A stretch of DNA of 64,000 bases from a virus. Where the stretch lies: IMG/VR virus record IMGVR_UViG_3300022924_000016, positions 32,001 through 96,000 of that record; one strand, written 5' to 3'. The position numbers and the translations under genes are program-made. Shown here piece after piece: positions 1 to 9,077 of the stretch. The notes beneath the pieces are model-generated. The model did no database searches and was not told where the DNA came from. It was given only the letters and a program-made list of their open reading frames with translations. Position 1 is the first letter of the stretch. Every line of letters starts with the position of its first letter.

Positions 1-222
1 GAATAATGGTATACTTGTATTGGCAACAGAATTTATAAAATCAAATGTTTCTTGTGATAATTCAAGAGTAGTAAACTGTTTTAAGTTGTTTGATTGCTTG
101 TCGAAATTTATAGGTATAAACTTTAGCTTACTTAATTCTTTTTTAAGTTCCTCTACGTTAAATTTTTCTGGTTCAATATAAACCTCTCTATCTAACACTT
201 CTGTTATTGCTATGTATTTCAT
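1..222 (-). CDS. Hypothetical protein, runs off the window start (MKYIAITEVLDREVYIEPENF...)
   Basis: ATG at 222-220 directly abuts the stop of the upstream gene; open frame to the window edge; translated by hand, not in the ORF track. Confidence 0.7.
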   Translation of the reverse strand, partial: MKYIAITEVLDREVYIEPEKFNVEELKKELSKLKFIPINFDKQSNNLKQFTTLELSQETFDFINSVANTSIPLF

Positions 223-891
223 TTATATCTCATTTTTTTGGCTATGTAAAACACTTAATTCTTTCTGTTTTATTTTTATTAATTTTTCTATATCTGAAAT
301 TTTCTTTTGGCGCGATTTTTCTTTTTGAATTTCTTCTTTTGTGGCGAATTTAAACTGAGTCAAATTTTCTTCTGATATAGAATTTTCAAACTCATTTACA
401 AATGGATCGGAAACAAAGCCATAAGATTTCTCTTCGCTTGATAATTTAAAAGTTTTCAAACCTCCTGAGGAGTTTATAAAATACTCACAAAATCTAGTAC
501 CTTTTACTGGATATTCATTTCTAAACAATGTTACCCAAACTTCTCCTTCTTTCACCTTTTCTCTTAGATACTCAAAACTATGTATATGATTGTCTAAAGT
601 CCAATACTCGTCATATATTTCTTTGGCTTGGGAATAATCTATGATTTTATAATCTCTTATCTGTTTTAAGATTGAAGCTATTAAATTTCTTGTACTACAT
701 CCTTTTCTTTTGGGTGTGAAGTGTCTATATCTATTTAAGAAATTAGATTTGTTCTTTATTTTACTTACGTCTTTATTCCACTTATATAGAGTCCAAAGAT
801 TTTTTATTTGTGTTAGCATATTAAAATTTTTATAAATACTTTCTAGCAAAAACCAAACTATAATGACTATAATACTAATTTTTAGATTCAT
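223..891 (-). CDS. Hypothetical protein with N-terminal transmembrane helix
   Basis: 222-aa ORF; hydrophobic ISIIVIIVWFLL at the N-terminus; tightly packed in the minus-strand operon. Confidence 0.7.
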   Translation of the reverse strand: MNLKISIIVIIVWFLLESIYKNFNMLTQIKNLWTLYKWNKDVSKIKNKSNFLNRYRHFTPKRKGCSTRNLIASILKQIRDYKIIDYSQAKEIYDEYWTLDNHIHSFEYLREKVKEGEVWVTLFRNEYPVKGTRFCEYFINSSGGLKTFKLSSEEKSYGFVSDPFVNEFENSISEENLTQFKFATKEEIQKEKSRQKKISDIEKLIKIKQKELSVLHSQKNEI

Positions 892-1030
892 CCTTTTTAT
901 TCATCTCATCTATTATGTAAGAAGTACAGAAAAATATGGAAGCGCAGATAATACAAGTACTCCAATTAGAAAATAAAGAGGTTATTAAAAATACCCAACC
1001 CGTTATTCTAGCACATAATTTATTTGTCAT
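875..1030 (-). CDS. Small membrane peptide, 51 aa (MTNKLCARITGWVFLITSLFSNWSTCIICASIFFCTSYII...)
   Basis: Hand translation; fills the gap between neighbours and overlaps both; two hydrophobic stretches. Confidence 0.6.
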   Translation of the reverse strand: MTNKLCARITGWVFLITSLFSNWSTCIICASIFFCTSYIIDEMNKKDESKN

Positions 1031-1248
1031 AATTCTTCTATTTTTAGATTATTCAACCACTCTTTAAAATCTCCTTCTGGATTATCTTCTTTAACTCTTT
1101 GTTCAATAACTGATACTAAACTTTTCTTGGCGAGTTCTAAAGAAGTTATTACTTCCATTAAATAAGTAGCCCCTGTTGAATTAAGAGCTACTTTATTATT
1201 TTCACCATCATTTGTTACTTCTATTATAATTGTGTTGTTTAGTAGCAT
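1027..1248 (-). CDS. Hypothetical protein
   Basis: 73-aa ORF, translationally coupled to neighbours. Confidence 0.65.
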   Translation of the reverse strand: MLLNNTIIIEVTNDGENNKVALNSTGATYLMEVITSLELAKKSLVSVIEQRVKEDNPEGDFKEWLNNLKIEEL

Positions 1249-1249
1249 A

Positions 1250-1699
1250 TTATTTCATTCTATCTTTTGTCTCATTGATGTACATATTAAGATCATCCCT
1301 TAAATCAGAAATATTAGTTAATGATTCCCTGAAAAAACCTCTTTGGTCAATAAACTCTTTATATTTTTTACTTCCTGATGCCAATTTTTCTGCCGCATTT
1401 AAAGAGCACTTTTCATAAATTGTTTCATCTTCTGGATCGGAGTATCTTCCTTCACTTATTGCCACACAAATTCTATACTTAATTGAAGTTGCTGACTTGT
1501 CATCACGTCTGATCCATTCTTTTGTAAAATAAGTATGGAATTCTCTTAGAGAAGCTTTAATGTCTATAAAACGCCCTTGGAACTCCAAAAGCGTATTTTT
1601 ATTAGCATCACCTGTGTTTATAAAGTCTCTATAAGATTGTCTATCGTTATCGAATTTCTCAATAAGAACCTGCAACCTATCTCCGAAATTATCTTGCAT
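1250..1699 (-). CDS. Helical protein, candidate UvsY-like recombination mediator
   Basis: 149-aa predicted all-helical protein overlapping the end of recA; size and position resemble T4 UvsY (inference). Confidence 0.45.
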   Translation of the reverse strand: MQDNFGDRLQVLIEKFDNDRQSYRDFINTGDANKNTLLEFQGRFIDIKASLREFHTYFTKEWIRRDDKSATSIKYRICVAISEGRYSDPEDETIYEKCSLNAAEKLASGSKKYKEFIDQRGFFRESLTNISDLRDDLNMYINETKDRMK

Positions 1700-2684
1700 C
1701 TTTTAGTTGTTTTTTTAGGAACTCAAAGTCTTCGAGATTGGCTCTCAGATAAACTGCGAATTTATCCGTGCCTTGCACTTTTTTCTCTTCTCCAAATCTG
1801 TCAGGGAATGTAATCCACCCTGTTGCACCTGCATTTACTAATTTAGTCTCACAAAAAATTTGAGCATATTCATCTATTTCTTGAAAACCTCCATCATAAT
1901 AAAAATTTAAAGTAATAACTTCTTTTTTGTCAAATGCTCCTGCCTTACTTTTCTTAATCCTTACGTCTAATTTATGCCCTATTACATTTTTTTCTTCATC
2001 TCTGATTAAATCTTTTTTTGTAAAATCTAAATGGGTAAAAGGCATGTATTTGTTAAACTGACCACCTGGAAGGGTTTTATTATCCCCGTGCATAACTCCT
2101 GGATTCTCCCTCCATTGATTTAAAACAATTAATCCTGTTCCTCTTCTTGCACAATTGGCGTTGATTATTGGTAATCTCGTGCCCAGTTTCTTGGCCTCGA
2201 CACCTATAGAAAAATCTTCGGCAGACTTAGCTTCAATGGCCACGGAATAGAAAGCTTTGATAGAGTCAATAATAATTCCACAAATATCTTCTGATTGCGA
2301 AAATACTTCTGCTGTATCTAGCATATTTTCCAATACCGAATCTTTATAGACAATAAGACGATTTTTATCTAAACCAAATCTTTCCACATGGCTGTCGGTA
2401 ATGGTCTGTTCTCCGTCTAATACCGCAACAGTTTTTGTAGGATACTTTATTTGAAGCTCTCTTGCAACTATTAATGCAATACTTGATTTACCACTCCCTT
2501 CCCAACCTGTTAGCATTGTCATAGCACCTAAAGGAATAACTTTACCTTCCATATGGTAATCTAAATATGCACTACCCGACGAAGAGAAATCTAAATTAAG
2601 CGTCTCGATGTCTGAGACTTTTTTAACTTGATCTTCTACTGCTTTTCCCTTATTTAATTTCTTTAATGTTTCCTCTAATGTCAT
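1689..2684 (-). CDS. recA: RecA/UvsX-like recombinase
   Basis: Walker A GWEGSGKS, Walker B IIIDS, catalytic LDGE, NQWREN and PGG motifs of the RecA family. Confidence 0.93.
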   Translation of the reverse strand: MTLEETLKKLNKGKAVEDQVKKVSDIETLNLDFSSSGSAYLDYHMEGKVIPLGAMTMLTGWEGSGKSSIALIVARELQIKYPTKTVAVLDGEQTITDSHVERFGLDKNRLIVYKDSVLENMLDTAEVFSQSEDICGIIIDSIKAFYSVAIEAKSAEDFSIGVEAKKLGTRLPIINANCARRGTGLIVLNQWRENPGVMHGDNKTLPGGQFNKYMPFTHLDFTKKDLIRDEEKNVIGHKLDVRIKKSKAGAFDKKEVITLNFYYDGGFQEIDEYAQIFCETKLVNAGATGWITFPDRFGEEKKVQGTDKFAVYLRANLEDFEFLKKQLKDAR

Positions 2685-3369
2685 TATTTTGTTTTTTATT
2701 ATCTCTTATTATTTTTCTATAATGGTATCTGCAATAACCTTTAGGGAAGTAAATGTGACCTAATCTATGCTTTTCTCCCTCTTTTTCGCACTTACTTATT
2801 TTGCAACATTTTGGCTTCTCTTCGTCGGATTTTCTTTCTGGCACACATCCGTATACTTCATATGTGTAGAGAGCTTTATCATAAAGTCTTGCTACTTCTT
2901 CCTCATATTCTGAATACCCTAAGTAATAGGAAACTTTATTTATATGTATAGTTCCTCCCCATACGTTATCTCTTAACTTATGTACCCCTACATATTTAGA
3001 TGTATTATTTTTATTTGGACTTTCAAAGCTTACATTTTCTCTGACAGTGCAATATCTTAGATTTTCTAATCTATTGTCTTTTATATTACTATTAATATGA
3101 TCTACTACTAATTCAGAACATCCTTTGAAAGCCATCATAACTAATCTGTGAACTCTGAATGTAAACTTTTTTCCATTTTTAGCTAAATTCAACTTTAAAT
3201 AGCCGTCTTTACCCTCAACATGCGATATTATAGTTCCTTTTATATCTTTACTTCTACCTAGAGAATTTATTATAACCCTATCTAATCCTCGGATTCTACC
3301 TAAATCCGAAGCTTGATAATAACCTTCAAAATTAGGAATATCTTTCCAAATTTCATTCGTATCTGTCAT
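2650..3369 (-). CDS. Free-standing NUMOD4-HNH homing endonuclease with AP2-like and Cys/His C-terminal domains
   Basis: EIWKDIPNFEGYYQASDLGRIR (NUMOD4); VHRLV..VVDHINSNIKDNRLENL (HNH); NTSKYVGV..YLG..EEEVARLYD (AP2-like); C-x4-C...C-x2-H tail. Confidence 0.9.
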   Translation of the reverse strand: MTDTNEIWKDIPNFEGYYQASDLGRIRGLDRVIINSLGRSKDIKGTIISHVEGKDGYLKLNLAKNGKKFTFRVHRLVMMAFKGCSELVVDHINSNIKDNRLENLRYCTVRENVSFESPNKNNTSKYVGVHKLRDNVWGGTIHINKVSYYLGYSEYEEEVARLYDKALYTYEVYGCVPERKSDEEKPKCCKISKCEKEGEKHRLGHIYFPKGYCRYHYRKIIRDNKKQNNDIRGNIKEIK

Positions 3370-3733
3370 ATACTTTATAATTAATTTTTTCTGTAATATT
3401 TTGTTCTAACTGTTTGAATACTTCTTGTACTTTTGGATAAATATTCATTTGTTTTACTTTTTCTGCGGGAAAATTGTCATAATTTGAGTGACAGTTATTT
3501 TTAGAAAAAATTCCACACAAATAAAGAATGTTACTATCTTCGGTTGCTACCGACTTAAAATATGACTTAGGTAAAACGTGTGCTATCTCAGATGCATTTC
3601 CTTTTAGTTTTTCCCCGCATTCTTCGCAATATTTTGTTTTTGCAATTCCTATGTGCTTTTGGAAAAATTCTGGAAAGTCTTTTCGTTCTTCTTTTCTTTT
3701 TTCTAATCCTTTTTTACTATATTTTCTAATCAC
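3353..3733 (-). CDS. Small HNH/NinG-like zinc-binding nuclease-fold protein
   Basis: CEECG, IAHVLPK, NILYLC...CHSNYD pattern typical of the His-Me finger fold. Confidence 0.6.
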   Translation of the reverse strand: MIRKYSKKGLEKRKEERKDFPEFFQKHIGIAKTKYCEECGEKLKGNASEIAHVLPKSYFKSVATEDSNILYLCGIFSKNNCHSNYDNFPAEKVKQMNIYPKVQEVFKQLEQNITEKINYKVYDRYE

Positions 3734-3933
3734 AATAATTCCTCTAAATCTTGAATTACTAAAGTAAAAATCTCATATTCTTTTTCTAAAACCGCCAAAG
3801 AAATATTAAAGTCGTTAATTTCTTTTTCAGACATTCCTTGTAATTGAACTTTGTTAAGCTCTTGAATCTCCATAAGAATTTCTAACTTCGTCAACTTTCT
3901 TATTTCAATTAATTCTTTTATTTTATCTATCAT
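3730..3933 (-). CDS. Hypothetical coiled-coil protein
   Basis: 67-aa ORF with ATGA-type overlaps. Confidence 0.65.
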   Translation of the reverse strand: MIDKIKELIEIRKLTKLEILMEIQELNKVQLQGMSEKEINDFNISLAVLEKEYEIFTLVIQDLEELL

Positions 3934-4094
3934 TTTAAACTGTCTTTAAATTCTTTTTTCGCAATTTTTTCTTTAAGTTCTTTCCTATCAATACCCAAGC
4001 AATGAAAACATCGGCACTCATAACCAGTTGTCTTATCTTTCAACCCTTCTTTATGTACTTTATCGTATTTATCTTTTCTTAACGTATTAGCCAT
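3930..4094 (-). CDS. Small basic protein, 54 aa, with CRCFHC motif
   Basis: Hand translation MANTLRKDKYDKVHKEGLKDKTTGYECRCFHCLG...; fills the gap and overlaps both neighbours. Confidence 0.6.
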   Translation of the reverse strand: MANTLRKDKYDKVHKEGLKDKTTGYECRCFHCLGIDRKELKEKIAKKEFKDSLK

Positions 4095-4404
4095 TGTCAA
4101 TCTTTATAAACTTAATACCTTTATGCAAATTAATCATCCAATTCTCCATTTTTGACTTCTCTTCATCTGATAAACCATCAATGATACTGTTCGCTTCTTC
4201 CTCAGTAAAGCTGTTTACACTTTTTACGGCGTTTTCCAAAACCAAAACATTATTGTAATCTTCTAAAGTCAACAGGTTTTCTCCGCATTCAGGACAGGCT
4301 CTGTTAATCATTGATTCATATTGGTATCTCTCAACTGTATCATCTCTATAATCGCAGTGGTCACACTTCAGTCCTTTGTGATTTAAAATTACTTTATCTT
4401 CCAT
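4087..4404 (-). CDS. Zinc-ribbon protein
   Basis: CDHC...CPECG pair. Confidence 0.7.
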   Translation of the reverse strand: MEDKVILNHKGLKCDHCDYRDDTVERYQYESMINRACPECGENLLTLEDYNNVLVLENAVKSVNSFTEEEANSIIDGLSDEEKSKMENWMINLHKGIKFIKIDNG

Positions 4405-4640
4405 TTAAAATCTCTCTTTATTAAATTATTACAGACTAGAGTTCCAACTAAATACATTAGATTCAAGCTTTCAGTTGACATCCAATTGTTTTTCCATTCG
4501 ATTATATAGTATTCTTCTTCTAAGTCTACTGTTACTGTGCAATGATTGTTTTTGAATTTATTTTTATGCGCGTAAAAATCATTTTCAAGAAAGAATGGAG
4601 CTATTAATTCCATAATTCTTTGGTCTTCTACTTCTTCCAT
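4389..4640 (-). CDS. Hypothetical protein
   Basis: 83-aa ORF, first gene after a short AT-rich intergenic gap. Confidence 0.65.
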   Translation of the reverse strand: MEEVEDQRIMELIAPFFLENDFYAHKNKFKNNHCTVTVDLEEEYYIIEWKNNWMSTESLNLMYLVGTLVCNNLIKRDFKWKIK

Positions 4641-4697
4641 TTTCTGTTTATTATTGTATGGTAAAAGTAATTAAATAAAGTTAGATTAGCTAAGATT

Positions 4698-6089
4698 TTA
4701 ACCAAACATTAACTTCAAAGTTTCTTCAATTTTTTTATTCGGCGAAGTATATCCACTTTCATAAAGATATTTCAAATACCATCTGTTTCTGAAATAAAGT
4801 TGCTTTAGACTTCTCCCTTGGAATTTCCCATTTAATAGTTTATCCGAACCATTATGTTCTTCTGTAAATTCAAATTGGGTACTCTTAGGCTTTCCGTGTT
4901 TAAGAAGATACTCTTTTGTTGTTATTTCTTTTGAGCCCGCGGGGACGTCTGTAAGTAGCTTATCACCGCTGAATAAACCCCAACCATAACCTTTAATATT
5001 TTCAAAATTAAATTTAGAAGCTGATCCGAATTTTCTATAATTCCCTGAAAAACAAATCACTCTTCCGAATTCTTTATCAGGATGTGTTCTTAAAATTCTA
5101 CCGTATCTTTGCATTATTACTCTTACTGAATTTGTAGGCGAACAATCGACCAGTGAAAAAAGTCTTGGAAAATCAAAACCCACATTCAATGCGGACACCG
5201 ATATCATGGTCTTATACTTTCCACTTAAAAAGCCTTTTGTGTTTTCATCTCTTAAAGTGTCATTCATTTTAGAGTGTACAGAAACAGCTTCGGGTAATAA
5301 TTTTTGTAATTCTTCCAAGCAAGCTATTGAGGGAACAAATACTAAAGCGTTTTCATTTTCAGGCATCCTAAGAAGAAAATCTCTTACCTGTTCAGATAGA
5401 CTCATTTCTTGGTAAAACAGTTCTTTACTCTCATCCGTAAAATCTGATTGATTTGTATTAAGTTCAAGAAACTTTGCCCCATCTTCTTTATAAACATCGT
5501 AGTATTTTATAGGACTCCAATGTCCATCTTTTATCATTTTTTCGGGAGGAACAACATAACAAATATCAGTGAAGAAGGCTCCTTTAATTCTTGTCATAAC
5601 TTTCGCCATAGAACCATCTTGGCCTGTTGCATCAATATGTATGGGACTAGCTGTTAAACCGAGACAAGATTTAATTCCCAACTGTTTAAGCATTTTAATG
5701 ATGTGGGAATCCTCCTTACTTCCGTGGTCACATTCGTCTACGATTACATACTTTATATTTTGGTCTTTTAGTATTTCATAAGAGACAGATTTTGGTGTGG
5801 CGTATATCAAGTTTTCAGAAAGTTCTCGTCTTTTCATACTTGCACTATAAACAGATGGGAAAATACCGAATGATTCTACCTTACTTAAATTTTGCTCTAA
5901 AATATTCTTATCTGGCTGCAAGCAAAGTATCTTACCTTCTACCAATTCTTTAGCTATTCCTGCTATTATCAAGCTCTTACCAGATGCTGTGACTGCGAGA
6001 ATAATCTCTCTTCTTCCTTTTGGGTCTCTTAAAACTTCTAATCCTTTCTTAACAGCCTCTTCTTGGTAATCTCTGAATTTAAACTCCAT
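4698..6089 (-). CDS. Superfamily 2 DNA helicase (UvsW/ResIII-like) with short C-terminal GK(F/Y)xG module
   Basis: Q motif FRDYQ, Walker A TASGKS, DECD box, GLTAS (III), VGFDFP (V), QRYGRILR (VI); tail NGKFQGRSLKQL..YLKYL. Confidence 0.92.
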   Translation of the reverse strand: MEFKFRDYQEEAVKKGLEVLRDPKGRREIILAVTASGKSLIIAGIAKELVEGKILCLQPDKNILEQNLSKVESFGIFPSVYSASMKRRELSENLIYATPKSVSYEILKDQNIKYVIVDECDHGSKEDSHIIKMLKQLGIKSCLGLTASPIHIDATGQDGSMAKVMTRIKGAFFTDICYVVPPEKMIKDGHWSPIKYYDVYKEDGAKFLELNTNQSDFTDESKELFYQEMSLSEQVRDFLLRMPENENALVFVPSIACLEELQKLLPEAVSVHSKMNDTLRDENTKGFLSGKYKTMISVSALNVGFDFPRLFSLVDCSPTNSVRVIMQRYGRILRTHPDKEFGRVICFSGNYRKFGSASKFNFENIKGYGWGLFSGDKLLTDVPAGSKEITTKEYLLKHGKPKSTQFEFTEEHNGSDKLLNGKFQGRSLKQLYFRNRWYLKYLYESGYTSPNKKIEETLKLMFG

Positions 6090-6856
6090 TAAAGTGTGAA
6101 TAGTTTTTCAGTTGAAAGTTTATTTCCACCAGATTTCCCATTAGCACTTAAAGAAGATTTCAATTCTTTTTGCCAAACACATTTAAAATTTTCAGGCATT
6201 TCATATTCTGAGACATAGACATAATGCCCTTCTTTTTTCATTTCTTCACACCATTTATAAAATGCATCATAATCGAAATTTTTAGATGTGGAATAATGTT
6301 TAGTATTTTTATAAGGGATATCGCAATAAATTATAGCTTCTTTTTTGGGACTTATGGTTAAGATATCTTTGCAAGAAAATATTACTGATTTTAATAAAGG
6401 CATTTGCTTTTCAATACCTCTAATGCTTTCTGAAATATAATTCCTATCTGTTCCTATTTTAGTTTTTGAAATTCCAGAATAACCTCCCTCAAAAAATCTA
6501 CCGTTTGCTGAAGCCATATAACCAATCCATCCTATTTCAAAATCAGACATATCCGTTAAAATGTTATTATTGTAGATATTTCTTGCTTTTGAATAAAGTT
6601 CTTTACTTATTTCTAACGGTCTTTCTAGATTATTTTGAAGTCCTTTATATAAAGCAATAAGGTATCTATTATTATCTAAAGCATACCTTGGAATATAACT
6701 AGGTACTTTATCAATCAGATTAGCTCCTCCAACACAGGCATCAATAAATATCATTCCACCTTGATAATGCTCTAAAATAATCGGCAGAATTTCTTTTGCT
6801 ATTCTTGCCTTGCTTCCCATGTATTTCATACTAAAATAATATTTCAAATCTCTCAA
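6089..6856 (-). CDS. dam: Dam/D12-class N6-adenine DNA methyltransferase; true start probably at MKYMGSK
   Basis: YMGSK N-terminal motif, DACVGG SAM-binding motif, catalytic-position CDIPY, VSEY, TEKLF C-terminus. Confidence 0.85.
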   Translation of the reverse strand: MRDLKYYFSMKYMGSKARIAKEILPIILEHYQGGMIFIDACVGGANLIDKVPSYIPRYALDNNRYLIALYKGLQNNLERPLEISKELYSKARNIYNNNILTDMSDFEIGWIGYMASANGRFFEGGYSGISKTKIGTDRNYISESIRGIEKQMPLLKSVIFSCKDILTISPKKEAIIYCDIPYKNTKHYSTSKNFDYDAFYKWCEEMKKEGHYVYVSEYEMPENFKCVWQKELKSSLSANGKSGGNKLSTEKLFTL

Positions 6857-7088
6857 CTATTATCTGTGGAGATTTTGTTAAGTTTTGATTTTCTTTTATT
6901 CCATCGTGAATCCTAAAGTAGTGATTTTTAATATCATCTTCAAAATAGTTTTCACTCACCCTCACTTCAACTTCGGTTTCATCTGAAAACTGAAAATATT
7001 GTGCTTTATGTGTTAGGGGTACTTGATTACAAAAGTAAACTAAATCACCTTTTATTTTTACCAAGTATAAAAATTCTTTCTTTTCCAT
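6831..7088 (-). CDS. Hypothetical protein
   Basis: 85-aa ORF in operon. Confidence 0.65.
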   Translation of the reverse strand: MEKKEFLYLVKIKGDLVYFCNQVPLTHKAQYFQFSDETEVEVRVSENYFEDDIKNHYFRIHDGIKENQNLTKSPQIIVERFEILF

Positions 7089-7089
7089 T

Positions 7090-7338
7090 TTAATATTTTT
7101 CTAAGTCTTCAATTACAGTGAACCAAAACTCTAAATCGTCTATTTCATAACCTTTTACTAAATATATTTGTTCATTTCTATTAATCATAGATATTTGAGA
7201 TTGCACCAACATTATTGCATTATTTACAGCCTCTTCCTTATGCTCATTAATATCTATTATAGGAGTATTGTGCAATTTAAAATAGTATATTGAATAGCTG
7301 TTTATCAATCTATTAACTATTTTTTTAATTTTGTCCAT
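7090..7338 (-). CDS. Hypothetical protein
   Basis: 82-aa ORF in operon. Confidence 0.65.
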   Translation of the reverse strand: MDKIKKIVNRLINSYSIYYFKLHNTPIIDINEHKEEAVNNAIMLVQSQISMINRNEQIYLVKGYEIDDLEFWFTVIEDLEKY

Positions 7339-7371
7339 AATTCTTATTTAGAAAGTAAAGGTAAGCTTTAA

Positions 7372-8583
7372 TTATTTATTATCCAAATTTTTATAATCTA
7401 AATTTAAAATTTTAACAGAATCTTTTATATACCTGTACCACCTTTTTACTGTTCCCATTGACATATCTGAATTATTTACAATGGATATTTGGTCTATTTT
7501 CCCAAAGTTTTCAAAGTCCCAATCGTTTATAATCTTAAACATTTTTGATATTGTATTCTCCCTTCTTATTTTTGCTATTTGATTTACACTTAATGAGCGT
7601 CTTTCCTTAACACTAAAGTTATAGTCAGGGTTAAAAAGAATTCGCTTGGTCTTGTTAAGTATTATTTTTGGAGCATCTTGATTAAATACATTCTTAACAA
7701 TATTTAAAAGTTCTGATTTTTCTAAAGGTGGCTTAAATCTATCTTCGTTAACCACTTGTGCCCAACTTGTAAGTTGTGAGATATTAATCCAATTATTCAG
7801 TCCATAAAATTGACTCAAAACTGAAAACATTACCGTATTTCTATTTCCCAAAGTTACTATTGGTATGTAAACTTCTGAATAACATATTTTGTTATCTCCT
7901 AAATCTATGAAAGGTTCTCCGTTAAAATCTATGTCAGAAATTTTGTCTTGTAAATTTGTATACCTATATTTTGTATCCTCAAAAAGATTCGTTCTCTCGC
8001 ATCCTATAATATTATTAGTTTTAATGTTACTGAACGAAACTTTATCCTTTATAACCTTTAAGCATTCCTTATATTCATAAGTAGAGTAGAACTCATTGTA
8101 GTAAATATCTTTATCATAAGATAATACGCATAACCTATCTATTGATATAGCCCTTGTATCAATCTCTATTCCTAATTCATCTCCTAATTTTTTAGTAACT
8201 TCCTTATAGTTTGTAACTGTTAAACCTTTAACTGATAATAAAATCCCAAAACCCTTGTTTGATAAACTTTTCCAAAAAGAAACCACGTAAGGTATTTCAG
8301 ATAGATTTATACTTTCTACATTATCTATATCCAAATAGAGAAATCCTGTAGGATTTACAACAGTACTTCCGCTTACATAACTGTCGTGTGAAAAATTAAA
8401 AACTATTGACGGCAAGCCACACTTTAAAACAGAATATTTTTCAGATTTTCTGTCAAGGGTTCTTGCAAAATCAACTTGTGACTTTCTAATATGGTCAGGA
8501 TTTCTAATAGATTCTACAAAATCTGGTAATGTAAGTAGACCTATAATATCTCTCTTCTTAATATTCGCGACTAAATCAAACAT
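7372..8583 (-). CDS. Primase-like replication protein: BT4734/VirE N-terminal (AEP-type) domain plus PriCT-like domain and C-terminal HTH
   Basis: K..LP...F, TGFLYLDID, WKSLSNKG, DRLCVLSYD motifs of the BT4734-like N-terminal family; GNRNTVMF...PPLEKSEL resembles PriCT-1; SMGTVKRW is HTH-like. Confidence 0.75.
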   Translation of the reverse strand: MFDLVANIKKRDIIGLLTLPDFVESIRNPDHIRKSQVDFARTLDRKSEKYSVLKCGLPSIVFNFSHDSYVSGSTVVNPTGFLYLDIDNVESINLSEIPYVVSFWKSLSNKGFGILLSVKGLTVTNYKEVTKKLGDELGIEIDTRAISIDRLCVLSYDKDIYYNEFYSTYEYKECLKVIKDKVSFSNIKTNNIIGCERTNLFEDTKYRYTNLQDKISDIDFNGEPFIDLGDNKICYSEVYIPIVTLGNRNTVMFSVLSQFYGLNNWINISQLTSWAQVVNEDRFKPPLEKSELLNIVKNVFNQDAPKIILNKTKRILFNPDYNFSVKERRSLSVNQIAKIRRENTISKMFKIINDWDFENFGKIDQISIVNNSDMSMGTVKRWYRYIKDSVKILNLDYKNLDNK

Positions 8584-8589
8584 ATATAA

Positions 8590-8725
8590 AATTAAAAATC
8601 CCCGAATAATAAAAACCTTAAAGTGGAAAGGAGGCTTCTATTAAACAGGGAAATCTTAAATTCTGTTATAATTGTATTTTTTGCTACCCTTTCCACAGAA
8701 TCACAAAAACCTATATTTTAATTTT
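8590..8725 (-). promoter_or_regulatory. Structured 5' leader: terminator-like hairpin whose loop is complementary to an upstream segment (pseudoknot/attenuator)
   Basis: Hairpin arms 8632-8651 / 8599-8618 (18 of 20 pairs, with G-U pairs only on the minus strand) followed by a U-tract; loop CCUUUCCAC (8623-8631) perfectly complements GUGGAAAGG (8688-8696). Confidence 0.7.
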
Positions 8726-8730
8726 GTATG

Positions 8731-8762
8731 CAAATGTAGCTATTATATTCTTAATAACCAAA
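8731..8762 (-). promoter_or_regulatory. Bacteroidota primary-sigma promoter
   Basis: TTTG-N20-TACATTTG on the minus strand, upstream of the primase-like gene. Confidence 0.8.
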
Positions 8763-8766
8763 CAGT

Positions 8767-8979
8767 TTAACCTTTCACTAAGAAAAATAAAGCCGTTTCT
8801 AAGACCTGAGCATCTCTTTTTATTGATATTTCCTGAACTTCGCTGGTATAATAACTGTTCCAAAGCGAATAAAGGATTTCTTCTCTTTTTTCCTCTTGAA
8901 AGGAATTTATTATAAGTTCATTCAAGAAACCGTAGATCACTTCTTTATATTCGAAGAATCCGAGTTTGTCTTTTTGCAT
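8767..8979 (-). CDS. Hypothetical protein
   Basis: 70-aa ORF just downstream of a consensus promoter. Confidence 0.65.
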   Translation of the reverse strand: MQKDKLGFFEYKEVIYGFLNELIINSFQEEKREEILYSLWNSYYTSEVQEISIKRDAQVLETALFFLVKG

Positions 8980-9001
8980 TTTAATTTCTTTTTTCTCCCG
9001 A

Positions 9002-9033
9002 CAAAGATAATAAATTTAATTCTTTTAAGCAAA
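9002..9033 (-). promoter_or_regulatory. Bacteroidota promoter, leftward
   Basis: TTTG-N20-TATCTTTG on the minus strand. Confidence 0.8.
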
Positions 9034-9077
9034 TCAGTAAATAGAATATTTATCGCTGTTAAACTTTAGTTAAAGTT

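Noticed and set aside
6300-6340. DIPY instead of DPPY as evidence of an inactive Dam
   Set aside because: The catalytic Asp and Tyr are retained and the other motifs are intact, so this is not enough to call inactivation
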